Assembly (NCBI GenBank): GCA_043809585.1
Contig: JBDROZ010000032.1
Coordinates: 1-33,201, forward strand
DNA: 33,201 nucleotides
Source: Candidatus Eiseniibacteriota bacterium
GTDB taxonomy: Bacteria; Orphanbacterota; Orphanbacteria; Orphanbacterales; Orphanbacteraceae
Direction of reading: 5' to 3'
Below, in pieces: positions 1 to 7,863 of this stretch (position 1 is the first letter of the stretch; each line of letters begins with the position of its first letter). The translations under genes and the position numbers were made by a program. Below the pieces are notes generated by a model. It searched no databases. It saw only the letters and a list, made by a program, of their open reading frames with translations, and was not told the DNA's origin.

Positions 1-23
1 CGGGTACCCCGGCGCGGTCGGAC

Positions 24-203
24 TTCCGCCACCGGAGGCGTAGTCATAAGAGCCTCCCCCCGGGCGCTACCACTTATCGCTCCTAGCCGTCGCGATAAGT
101 CCAAGCGCCCGACGGGCCCCGTCGAGGAGGCGGCGAAGGAAAGGAGGCTTCGCAGGCGGCGATCCGAGATCGCAGTAGGAGGTTTGTGCATAATCCAGGC
201 TAG
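24..203. repeat. Second, partial or variant copy of palindromic element family A
   Basis: 116-180 aligns without gaps to 13944-14008; the distance from CGCAGTAGGA to the terminal CTAG is identical in both copies. Left boundary uncertain. Confidence 0.7.
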
Positions 204-3200
204 TGGATCTTGTAGCGCTCGAGTTTGTTGAGGAGGCCCCGCCGGGAGATGCCGAGGCACCGGGCGGTCTTCGATTTGTTCCCGTCGCATCGCCGGAGGG
301 TCTCCTCGATCATTCGCCGCTCGATCTGCTCGATCACCTCCGTGAGCGTCCCGTCCGAGGGGACCACGGTCTCCCGGACGATATCGGTCGCGATGTCCCC
401 CGTGTCGACCACGGATCCGTCGGCCGTGACGGCGACGATCCGCTCGATCTCGTGCTCCAGGTCCCGGACGTTGCCCGGCCAGTCGTACTCGATCAGCTGC
501 TGCACGGCCTCGGGGGTGAAGCCGCGGAACCGCTTGCCCGCCCGCTTCGCGTGCTTGGACAGGAAGTGCTCGGCCAGGATGGGCACGTCCTCCCGCCTCT
601 CCCGGAGGGGGGGCAGGTAGATGGCGACCACCCGGAGCCGGTAGTAAAGGTCTTTGAGGAACCGGTCGTTCTCGACTTCTTCCCGCAGGTCCTTATTCGC
701 GGCGCAGACGATGCGGACATCGACGGAAACCGATTCGGTGGACCCGACCGGCTTGATCTCCTTACGGTCCACTACCCGGAGAAGCGTGTCCTGGAACCGC
801 CGGCTCGCCTTGTCGATTTCGTCGATGAAGACCGTGCCCCCGTCGGCCCGTTCGAAGAGTCCCTGCTTGGACGCCTTGGCGTCGGTGAAGGCCCCCTTCC
901 GGTGGCCGAAGAGTTCGCTCTCGAGCACGTCCTCGGAGAGCTCGGCGCAGTTCACCGTGACGAAGAGCTTCTCCCGCCGGAGCGATGATTTGTGGATGGC
1001 GCGGGCGAACATCTCCTTGCCCGTCCCGGTCTCGCCCTGCAGGAGAATCGTGGCGGTCGAATCGCGCAGCTTCTGGAGGGTTTGAATCGTCTTCAGGAGC
1101 CGCGGGCTTTGGGTGACGATCCTCTCGAATCCGTCGCCGATCCCGAAACGGTGTTTGAGCCGCAGGTTCTCGTCCCGGATCTCCTCGGTCCGGAGTTCCC
1201 GGAGCGTCGCCACCACCACCGCGGCGAGGGCCACGGCGAAATCGAGCTCGTCCTGCCCGAAAGCCGGAGCGCCGACGGGACGGTCGAGGTAGATGCCGCC
1301 CGTGATCTCCTCCTCTCCCCGCAGGGGGATGGCGAGGAGTGAGCCGATACCGGAGAGGTCGGCCCCGCTCTCCCCGAAGCGGCCGTCCGACTTCGGCGAG
1401 GTGGAATAGATCGGCTTGCCCCCGTTCTCGCTGGCGTGGCGGATGGCCATGCGCGCCACAGCGAGCGCGCCCCCCCGGTCGTTCGCCGTCCCCTCCGCCC
1501 GTGCGTGGGGCTCGAGGTTGCCGTTGCCGCCCTCCCGGAGGGCGAGGACGAGCCGATCCGCGTTGGTCTTCTCCTTCAGGAGCTCCAGAGTGAGCCGGAG
1601 GCGCTCCTCGGTCTCCCTCGTCGTCTGGATCCGCTGGAGAAGGAGATTGAACGCCGAAAGCGTGTTCGATTCGGAGGCCGAACTCGACACGATCTGGCGG
1701 TCCGCCCGGGAGCGTGCGTCCCGGATGCGGATCCGGTCCTCTTCCGTCCCTCCGACGGTGAAATCGTCGTGGATCTTCTCGATCAACTCGATCGCCGCCA
1801 GGCCGTCTCCCCGCCCGGTGAGCAGCTCCGCCCGGATCATATCGGCCCGCGCCGCCTCGTAGGGGGTGCCCGCCTCACGGAACGCCTCTGCGGCGCCAGC
1901 GAGGCTCTCGATCGCCTCGGAAACCGCCTCCGGACGGGCCGCGGCCAATTCGCCGAGGGCGGTCGCGGAGAGGGCCTCTTCGTAACGGGCACCGATCTGG
2001 GCGAGAATGGAGACCGAACGCCTGAGGTGTCGCTCGGCATGGCGCCGCCGACCCCGCGCGGAGTGAAAAAGGCCGAGAATGCGCCGGATGGCGCCCTCCT
2101 CGTAACGGTCCCCGATCTGTCGGGCGAGCCGGAGCGCCGACCGTAGATCGGCGTAGGCTCCCCCGAGGTCGTCCCGGCGGATCCTGACCTCCGCCCGCCG
2201 GCGAAGGATTTCGCACGCCACGTCCAACCCGCCTTCCGGCAAGGCGCGCCGCGCGAAGCCGAGCCCCTCGCTCAGAATCGTCTCGGCCCGTTCGGGCTCG
2301 CCCCGGCGAAGGCAGAGCTCGCCGAAGTACTCATGACAGAGCGCCTCGCAGCGCCGGTGCCCCTTCTCGCGGGCCTTCTCGAGGGCCCGCTGGTAGTACT
2401 CTTCCGCCTTCGCGAATTCCCGGGTCACCCGATAGTAGTGGGCGACGTTGAGATAGCCGAGGGAGACCTCCCAGCGGTTTCCGAGTTCCCGGAAGATCTG
2501 GAGGCCCTCCTCCCAGAGGACCCGGGCACGATCGAACCGGCCCCTCTTGAATTCGATGATCCCCAGATTGTTCGCCCGTATCCCGATCTGGGGTTTCCCC
2601 CCCACCTCGCGGGCGAGCTCGAGGGCCCGCTCCATGTACTCCGCCGCTTCGGCGAGATGGCCCCGGTTCTTGGCGACCAGGGCGAGGTTGTTATTGCACT
2701 TCGCCATGCCCTCCCGGTCCCCCAGAGCCCGGTAGAGGGCGAGAGCCGATTCGTATGTTTCCCGCGCCTTGATCATCAGGCCTTTCCGGAGATAGACGCG
2801 CCCGATCGCGATAAACGCCTCGGCGAGTTCGGCGGAGATCGCGTTCTGCTTTAGAAGGGCGAGCGCTTCGTCGGCGTCCTTTTCAGCCGCGGCGTATTCG
2901 CCCAGGCGGGAATTGACCTTGGAACGCTCGATGAGAATCCGCGCCGCGAGGCGGGGCTCGCGGGTTCGATCGCAGGTCCGGTCGGCGAGATTCAACACCT
3001 CCAGGGCCCGGGCGAACTCGCCCGTTCCCTGGAAACAGATGCCCATCTTCATGGCGGTTTCGGTCATGAGGTCGGCGGAGCGGCTGGCCCGCTCGGCCAA
3101 GTCGAGGATTTGGGCGTAATACTCCAGCGCCGTCGGGTATTCCCCCGCCGTCTGGCAGAAATCAGCGAGCTCTTCGAGGAGATTGACTTTCTCTTCGGAC

Positions 3201-3280
3201 GAAGGAGGGCCGGGAGACCCCGTCCCTTCGCCGTTCTCCCTTGCGGCCCGCAAAATGTCGCGGTTCTTTTCCTCAGCCAT
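200..3280 (-). CDS. Sigma54-dependent enhancer-binding protein with N-terminal TPR array, GAF-like domain, AAA+ domain and Fis-type HTH
   Basis: About 500 aa of TPR-like helical repeats (e.g. AEEYYQRALEKARE); GAF-like segment (SLLAIPLRGEEEITGGIYLD); Walker A GETGTGKE; ESELFGHRKGAFTDA loop; Walker B FIDEID; WPGNVRDLEH; C-terminal HTH (GNKSKTARCLGISRRGLLNKL). No REC domain. Confidence 0.95.
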   Translation of the reverse strand: MAEEKNRDILRAARENGEGTGSPGPPSSEEKVNLLEELADFCQTAGEYPTALEYYAQILDLAERASRSADLMTETAMKMGICFQGTGEFARALEVLNLADRTCDRTREPRLAARILIERSKVNSRLGEYAAAEKDADEALALLKQNAISAELAEAFIAIGRVYLRKGLMIKARETYESALALYRALGDREGMAKCNNNLALVAKNRGHLAEAAEYMERALELAREVGGKPQIGIRANNLGIIEFKRGRFDRARVLWEEGLQIFRELGNRWEVSLGYLNVAHYYRVTREFAKAEEYYQRALEKAREKGHRRCEALCHEYFGELCLRRGEPERAETILSEGLGFARRALPEGGLDVACEILRRRAEVRIRRDDLGGAYADLRSALRLARQIGDRYEEGAIRRILGLFHSARGRRRHAERHLRRSVSILAQIGARYEEALSATALGELAAARPEAVSEAIESLAGAAEAFREAGTPYEAARADMIRAELLTGRGDGLAAIELIEKIHDDFTVGGTEEDRIRIRDARSRADRQIVSSSASESNTLSAFNLLLQRIQTTRETEERLRLTLELLKEKTNADRLVLALREGGNGNLEPHARAEGTANDRGGALAVARMAIRHASENGGKPIYSTSPKSDGRFGESGADLSGIGSLLAIPLRGEEEITGGIYLDRPVGAPAFGQDELDFAVALAAVVVATLRELRTEEIRDENLRLKHRFGIGDGFERIVTQSPRLLKTIQTLQKLRDSTATILLQGETGTGKEMFARAIHKSSLRREKLFVTVNCAELSEDVLESELFGHRKGAFTDAKASKQGLFERADGGTVFIDEIDKASRRFQDTLLRVVDRKEIKPVGSTESVSVDVRIVCAANKDLREEVENDRFLKDLYYRLRVVAIYLPPLRERREDVPILAEHFLSKHAKRAGKRFRGFTPEAVQQLIEYDWPGNVRDLEHEIERIVAVTADGSVVDTGDIATDIVRETVVPSDGTLTEVIEQIERRMIEETLRRCDGNKSKTARCLGISRRGLLNKLERYKIH

Positions 3281-3340
3281 CGTCTCTCTCTCGTCGCCCG
3301 TTGGCGAGTCGGCCGAACTACTCCTCCCGAGCGCCGGTGT

Positions 3341-3565
3341 CTAGGGCAGGAGGGTCAGCGCATCCACGATCAAGTCCCAGAGAGTCACCCAGTCGATCCC
3401 GCCCTTCCCGGCTTGATCCTGCTGGTTCTGGGGCGCGTCGTTTCCGGTCACCGCGGACGGACGGACTTCGGGAATGTCGCCGTCCCCGGACGCGGAGAAC
3501 GCCGTGTTCGGGATGAGAAACGATAGGAGAAGAAAGAGAACTCCGAGGCGTTTGAGTACGGTCAC
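3341..3565 (-). CDS. Small secreted protein/peptide precursor (74 aa)
   Basis: GTG start 8 nt after GGGAG; MTVLKRLGVLFLLLSFLIPNTAFSA has the form of a Sec signal peptide; followed by an acidic/polar linker and a hydrophobic C-terminus IDWVTLWDLIVDALTLLP; a good sigma70 promoter lies just upstream. Confidence 0.75.
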   Translation of the reverse strand: MTVLKRLGVLFLLLSFLIPNTAFSASGDGDIPEVRPSAVTGNDAPQNQQDQAGKGGIDWVTLWDLIVDALTLLP

Positions 3566-3599
3566 GACTTTTTCTCCCGGTACAGCACCTCTATTCGTA

Positions 3600-3628
3600 A
3601 ATGTAGCGCGGCGGACGGGGTCTGTCAA
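3600..3628 (-). promoter_or_regulatory. Sigma70-type promoter for the peptide/TPR-regulator pair
   Basis: Minus strand TTGACA (3628-3623), 17-bp spacer, TACATT (3605-3600). Confidence 0.75.
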
Positions 3629-3819
3629 CCCCTTTGACTCCTTGGTATTAGGTGGCGCCCGCCGGAGAGGCCGCGATCGGGCTCCCCACAGGCGAACGGG
3701 GCCCGTCGGAAGGAAGAGAGGGAGGGTTAGAAAAACCACGGCGGCGGGGAATCCCCCGGCCCATCCCCCTCTCGCTCATCCTCCCGGGCTCACTCCCCGG
3801 TCTCCTTCGCCCCCGCGTC

Positions 3820-4548
3820 TTACTCGGCCGTCGAGAGCAGGATCAGGCGGGGAGAATCCCGGTGGAACCCCCCACCCTCATAATCGCCGAACCGTTCCCG
3901 AATCTTGAGACCCCTCCCGAGCAGCATCCGTTCAAGCTCTTCGACCGAAAAGAGCCGGACCTCCTCCCGCCACCGGTCCCTCACGGCGCCCCCGCCGGAA
4001 AGGACTTCGATCTCCTTCGAGAGAACGCGCCGTTCCGGATCGTAACGCCTCGTCTCCCGGATCCGGAAATCGTCGAGGGTCCGCTCCGACTCGGGGACGA
4101 GGCGCTCCACGGTTCCGGCCGGATTCAGGTAATCGAGAAGGAACCATCCTCCGGGCCCGAGGACGCGGGCGGTTTCGTCGAGGACCCGCCCGTTCTCTTC
4201 TCCCGGGAAATAGCCGAAAGAGGTGAACATGTTCAGGACGCCGTGGAAGACGCCGTCTCGAAAGGGGAATGCCCTCATGTCCGCCCGCGCCACGGGGGCG
4301 ATCTTCGACGCGCCCCGGAGGAGTTCATCGGAGAGATCGAAGCCGGAGGCGTCGGCTCCCCGCCGCCGGAGGGCGCCGAGGTGACGGCCGGCTCCGCAGG
4401 CGGCGTCCAGTACCCGGGCCCCTCGGAGAGGCACGCGCGCGCTGAGGAGTTCCGCCACCCGTTCCGCTTCCGCCCGGTCCCGGTGGGCGTATAGATCGGT
4501 ATAGAGGGGGCCGAAAGCCTTCCGGTACCAGGGGGCCCCCACGGTCAC
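3820..4548 (-). CDS. Class I SAM-dependent methyltransferase
   Basis: VLDAACGAGRH motif I, ADMR and FTSFGYF motifs; GTG start overlaps the cutA stop (GTGA). Confidence 0.9.
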   Translation of the reverse strand: MTVGAPWYRKAFGPLYTDLYAHRDRAEAERVAELLSARVPLRGARVLDAACGAGRHLGALRRRGADASGFDLSDELLRGASKIAPVARADMRAFPFRDGVFHGVLNMFTSFGYFPGEENGRVLDETARVLGPGGWFLLDYLNPAGTVERLVPESERTLDDFRIRETRRYDPERRVLSKEIEVLSGGGAVRDRWREEVRLFSVEELERMLLGRGLKIRERFGDYEGGGFHRDSPRLILLSTAE

Positions 4549-4874
4549 TCTCCGCCCGTCGCGTCGCCGAGCCACTCGAGGTACGCCTTCGAACCGGCCG
4601 TGATCGGCAGGACGATCACTTCCGGCACCTCGTACGGATGGACCTCCCGGACCCGCGCCTCGAGCCGCTCCGTCAGGGACCGCCGGGTTTTCGCGAGAAG
4701 GAGATCCTCCACGGCGTCCTCGATCGTCCCTTTCCAACGATAGGTGGAGCGAACGCCTCCCAGCCGGTTCACGCAGGCCGCGAGCTTCTCTTCCACGAGG
4801 GTCCGCGCGAGGCGCTCCGCCGCCTCGGGGGGCGCGGTCACGAGGACAACCACGAAATCGTCGCTTCGTTCCAA
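4545..4874 (-). CDS. cutA: Divalent-cation tolerance protein CutA
   Basis: LVEEKLAACVN, STYRWKG and HPYEVPEVI motifs; TTG start after GAGGAAGG. Confidence 0.93.
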   Translation of the reverse strand: MERSDDFVVVLVTAPPEAAERLARTLVEEKLAACVNRLGGVRSTYRWKGTIEDAVEDLLLAKTRRSLTERLEARVREVHPYEVPEVIVLPITAGSKAYLEWLGDATGGE

Positions 4875-4885
4875 CTCGCCTTCCT

Positions 4886-5902
4886 CTACTCGTAACGAAC
4901 CGTGCCGTCCCCTTCCGCGATCCCGCCGATCACGAGCGGCTCCGGCGCCGTCCCCGCGAGGGCGGCCCGCGCCTCTCCCAGCCGCTCCGGCCTCACGGTC
5001 GCGACGAGGCCGATCCCCATGTTGAAGACCCGGTCCATCTCCTCTTCCGTCACATCGCCGCGCTCTTGAATGAACGGGAAGATCGGGGGCACCTTCCACG
5101 ATCCCCGCCGGATCACCGCGTCACGGCCTTCCGGCAGGATGCGGGGCACGTTGTCGACCAGGCCCCCCCCCGTGATGTGGGCGAACCCGGTGGCGAGGCC
5201 GCCCGCCGTCAGACGCTCCATGGGCTCCCGGTAGCAGAGATGGGGCCGGAGGAGGGCGTCGCCGACGGTCTCGCCGAGTTCCGGCGCCTCCTCCTCGAGC
5301 CCGAGACCGGCCTCCTCGAGGAGGACTTTCCGGGCGAGGGAGTAGCCGTTCGTGTGGAGACCGCTGGAAGGAAAACCGAGCACCACGTCGCCGGCGGCGA
5401 TGGCCGAACCGTCCACGATCTTCTCCCGCTCCACGACTCCGACGAGGAATCCGGCCACGTCGTACGTTCCCGGGCCGTACATGCCCGGCATCTCGGCGGT
5501 CTCTCCCCCGATGAGCGCCACGCCGTGACGCCCGCAGGCGTCGGCGAAACCCCCGAGCAGCGGGCGGAGCACCTCGGGAGGGAGCGACGCCCCCGCGATG
5601 TAGTCGAGAAAGAAGAGGGGACGGGCGCCGAGGACCGCGACGTCGTTGATGCAATGGGAGACGAGATCCTCCCCGACACGGTCGTGTCGGCCGAGGGCCG
5701 CGTAAAGGAGGATCTTCGTCCCGAGGCCGTCGCTCGTTGCGACCAGGGCGAGACGATCGTTCCCGGGAGCGGCGTACAACCCTCCGAAATGCCCCACGTC
5801 CCGGAGAACCTCTTTTCCGAAAGTGGCGCGGATCTTCTCCTTCACGGAGGCCATGGAGTCACTCACGGCGTCGATGTCGACGCCCGCCTTACGGTAGTCC
5901 AC
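4886..5902 (-). CDS. purM: Phosphoribosylformylglycinamidine cyclo-ligase (AIR synthase)
   Basis: YRKAGVDID, DGLGTK, PLFFLDY, GGETAEMPG, SSGLHTNGYSL, HITGGG and VFNMGIG motifs. Confidence 0.97.
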   Translation of the reverse strand: MDYRKAGVDIDAVSDSMASVKEKIRATFGKEVLRDVGHFGGLYAAPGNDRLALVATSDGLGTKILLYAALGRHDRVGEDLVSHCINDVAVLGARPLFFLDYIAGASLPPEVLRPLLGGFADACGRHGVALIGGETAEMPGMYGPGTYDVAGFLVGVVEREKIVDGSAIAAGDVVLGFPSSGLHTNGYSLARKVLLEEAGLGLEEEAPELGETVGDALLRPHLCYREPMERLTAGGLATGFAHITGGGLVDNVPRILPEGRDAVIRRGSWKVPPIFPFIQERGDVTEEEMDRVFNMGIGLVATVRPERLGEARAALAGTAPEPLVIGGIAEGDGTVRYE

Positions 5903-5944
5903 CGTCCATCACTCCTTGCGCAGGGTAGAAGTCGAATCGGGATG

Positions 5945-6700
5945 TCAGGACGCGGGGCGGTCGGGCACGGCCACGATCTCGATGCCCTCGACCGGAGTCA
6001 GCCGGCCGACGATGCGATTCACCGCGTCGAGAACGGCATGCAACGCGGCCAGATTCCGGTCCCGGCGAACAATGGCGGATCCCACGAGAGCGAATGTCCG
6101 GTCCGCCTCGACGCGAAGCACGCGGGCGAGTACCACATCCTCGTCCCCCATCCTCTCCCGCCGCACTTCGCCGAGCCGGAATCCCCCGGACCGGACGAAT
6201 TTCCCCACCGCTTCGAGGGTCGCCTCCGCCACGGCCCGTTCCGGTTCGAAGGCAAAGAAGAAAGAGGCCTTTCCGAAACCGCGAAAGTTGCCGCGGCTCA
6301 AGATGACTTCCACGTCCCCCCCTTCCGGCGTCAGACCGGTGCGGAGCCCGAGGAACCGAAGACGCCGTCCCGGACCGGAATCCGCCAGGGGGCCGATTTC
6401 CTCCACCACCGCCGCCGGTTCGCCCTCGGCCGAATCCGGCTCGTCCTTGAGGGTCGCGATGCTCACCCTCCGGTGATCGAAACGGACGCCGAACTCGGCG
6501 TACAGGGTCGATTCGATGTCTCGGATGATCGGTTTGGGCGGGCGTGCCCCGGACGAGACGACGTGGATTTCCCGAATCTCCCCCCGGGGCGTCGCGACGA
6601 TCCCGCACGAGACCACCCCGTCGAGCGCGCGGATCCTCTGCTGGGCCCGGGGCACGTCGGCGGACGGATTCTGGAATAGCCCGGATGTCTCGTCGGCCAT
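5945..6700 (-). CDS. Conserved hypothetical protein
   Basis: Protein-like ORF with EIHVV...IIRDIESTL...DHRRVSIA and a C-terminal AVLDAVNR, reminiscent of an uncharacterised family with a LeuA-regulatory-like C-terminus; start inferred at the ATG at 6700. Confidence 0.75.
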   Translation of the reverse strand: MADETSGLFQNPSADVPRAQQRIRALDGVVSCGIVATPRGEIREIHVVSSGARPPKPIIRDIESTLYAEFGVRFDHRRVSIATLKDEPDSAEGEPAAVVEEIGPLADSGPGRRLRFLGLRTGLTPEGGDVEVILSRGNFRGFGKASFFFAFEPERAVAEATLEAVGKFVRSGGFRLGEVRRERMGDEDVVLARVLRVEADRTFALVGSAIVRRDRNLAALHAVLDAVNRIVGRLTPVEGIEIVAVPDRPAS

Positions 6701-6878
6701 ACTCGTCGATCCGGGGGAGCGGCGAGCCCGCCCCTCGCGCATGGAAGGACGCGAGTCGGGGCGTGGACGGAGGCTTCCCCTTGTCAGAAGTCGTGAATGA
6801 TCCGTTGGTTCCGACCTTCGCGGAGCGTCTTCGTCGAAGATGGACCGGGTGACTCACCGCTCCGTTCAACTCGACATG

Positions 6879-6907
6879 ATCATACCACATTCGGCCGTCT
6901 CTTTGAA
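6879..6907 (-). promoter_or_regulatory. Sigma70-type promoter with extended -10 for the hypothetical-purM-cutA-methyltransferase operon
   Basis: TTCAAA, 17-bp spacer, TATGAT, with TG at the extended -10 position. Confidence 0.6.
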
Positions 6908-6950
6908 GCGAAAACCCTTTTCCGCCGGGCGAAGCAGGTTCGTTCACAGG

Positions 6951-7853
6951 TCAATCGACGGACATCATGGAACGGAGCTCCTCGACCCGAGCGTTCAATC
7001 GTTCCCGGGGAAGGCCGTAAAGCCGCCGGGGGCCGAATTCCTCGACCACGAACGACGCCGCGGCGGTCCCGTGGAGCATCGCCTCCCGGAAGGAGGCGCC
7101 GTCGAACGACCCTCTCCCGTCGAGGTAGCCGAGAACGCCGCCGGCGAAGGCGTCTCCCCCCCCGGTCGGGTCCTTGACCTTCTCGAGGGGATAGGCGGGA
7201 ACGCAGAAGAAGCGTCCCTCCCGGTAGAGGACCGCGCCGTGCTCCCCCCTCTTCAAGACCACCGACTCGGGTCCGAGCGCCGCCGTCGCTTTGATCGCCC
7301 GGATCAGGTTGCTCTCGCCGGTCAGCTCCTTCGCTTCCGAGTCGTTCAGAAAGAAGGTGTCCACGCGCCGGAGGAGCTTTCCGAGCTCTCGGCGGGGCCC
7401 GTGAATCCAGAAGTTCATCGTGTCCGCGGCCACGTGCAGCGACTCTTCCACCTGGTCGAGAACCTCGAGCTGCAGGGAGGGATGGATGTTCCCGAGGAAG
7501 ATCGTGTGGCCGCGCCGGCAGTCTTCCGGGAGGACGGGATGGAAGTCCTCGAAGACGTTCAAGCAGGTGGAGAGCGACCTCCGGTCGTTCGGGTCGTCTC
7601 CGTATTCGGCGGTGTAGGTGAATGTCTTTCCCGCCACGCGCGATAGGCCCCCCGTGTCCACTTCCCTCTCGGCGAGGAAGCGGTCCCCCTCTTCGGGAAA
7701 GTCGTCGCCGACCACCGCGACCATCCGCACCGTCGTGTAGTACGACGCCGTGCCGGCGAAGTAGAGCGCCGAGCCGCCGAGCGCCCCGGTCGCCTCGCCG
7801 TGGGGGGACCGGATGGTGTCGAGCACGATGGAGCCGACGACGAGAATCGCCAT
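6951..7853 (-). CDS. PfkB/ribokinase-family carbohydrate or nucleoside kinase
   Basis: VVGSIVLD, LGGSALY, FLNDSEA and DPTGGGDAFAGG signatures. Confidence 0.92.
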   Translation of the reverse strand: MAILVVGSIVLDTIRSPHGEATGALGGSALYFAGTASYYTTVRMVAVVGDDFPEEGDRFLAEREVDTGGLSRVAGKTFTYTAEYGDDPNDRRSLSTCLNVFEDFHPVLPEDCRRGHTIFLGNIHPSLQLEVLDQVEESLHVAADTMNFWIHGPRRELGKLLRRVDTFFLNDSEAKELTGESNLIRAIKATAALGPESVVLKRGEHGAVLYREGRFFCVPAYPLEKVKDPTGGGDAFAGGVLGYLDGRGSFDGASFREAMLHGTAAASFVVEEFGPRRLYGLPRERLNARVEELRSMMSVD

Positions 7854-7863
7854 GTCTTCCCCC

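Noticed and set aside
3566-3739. N-terminal extension of the small ORF to 132 aa
   Set aside because: It would span the predicted promoter; the SD and signal peptide support the GTG at 3565.
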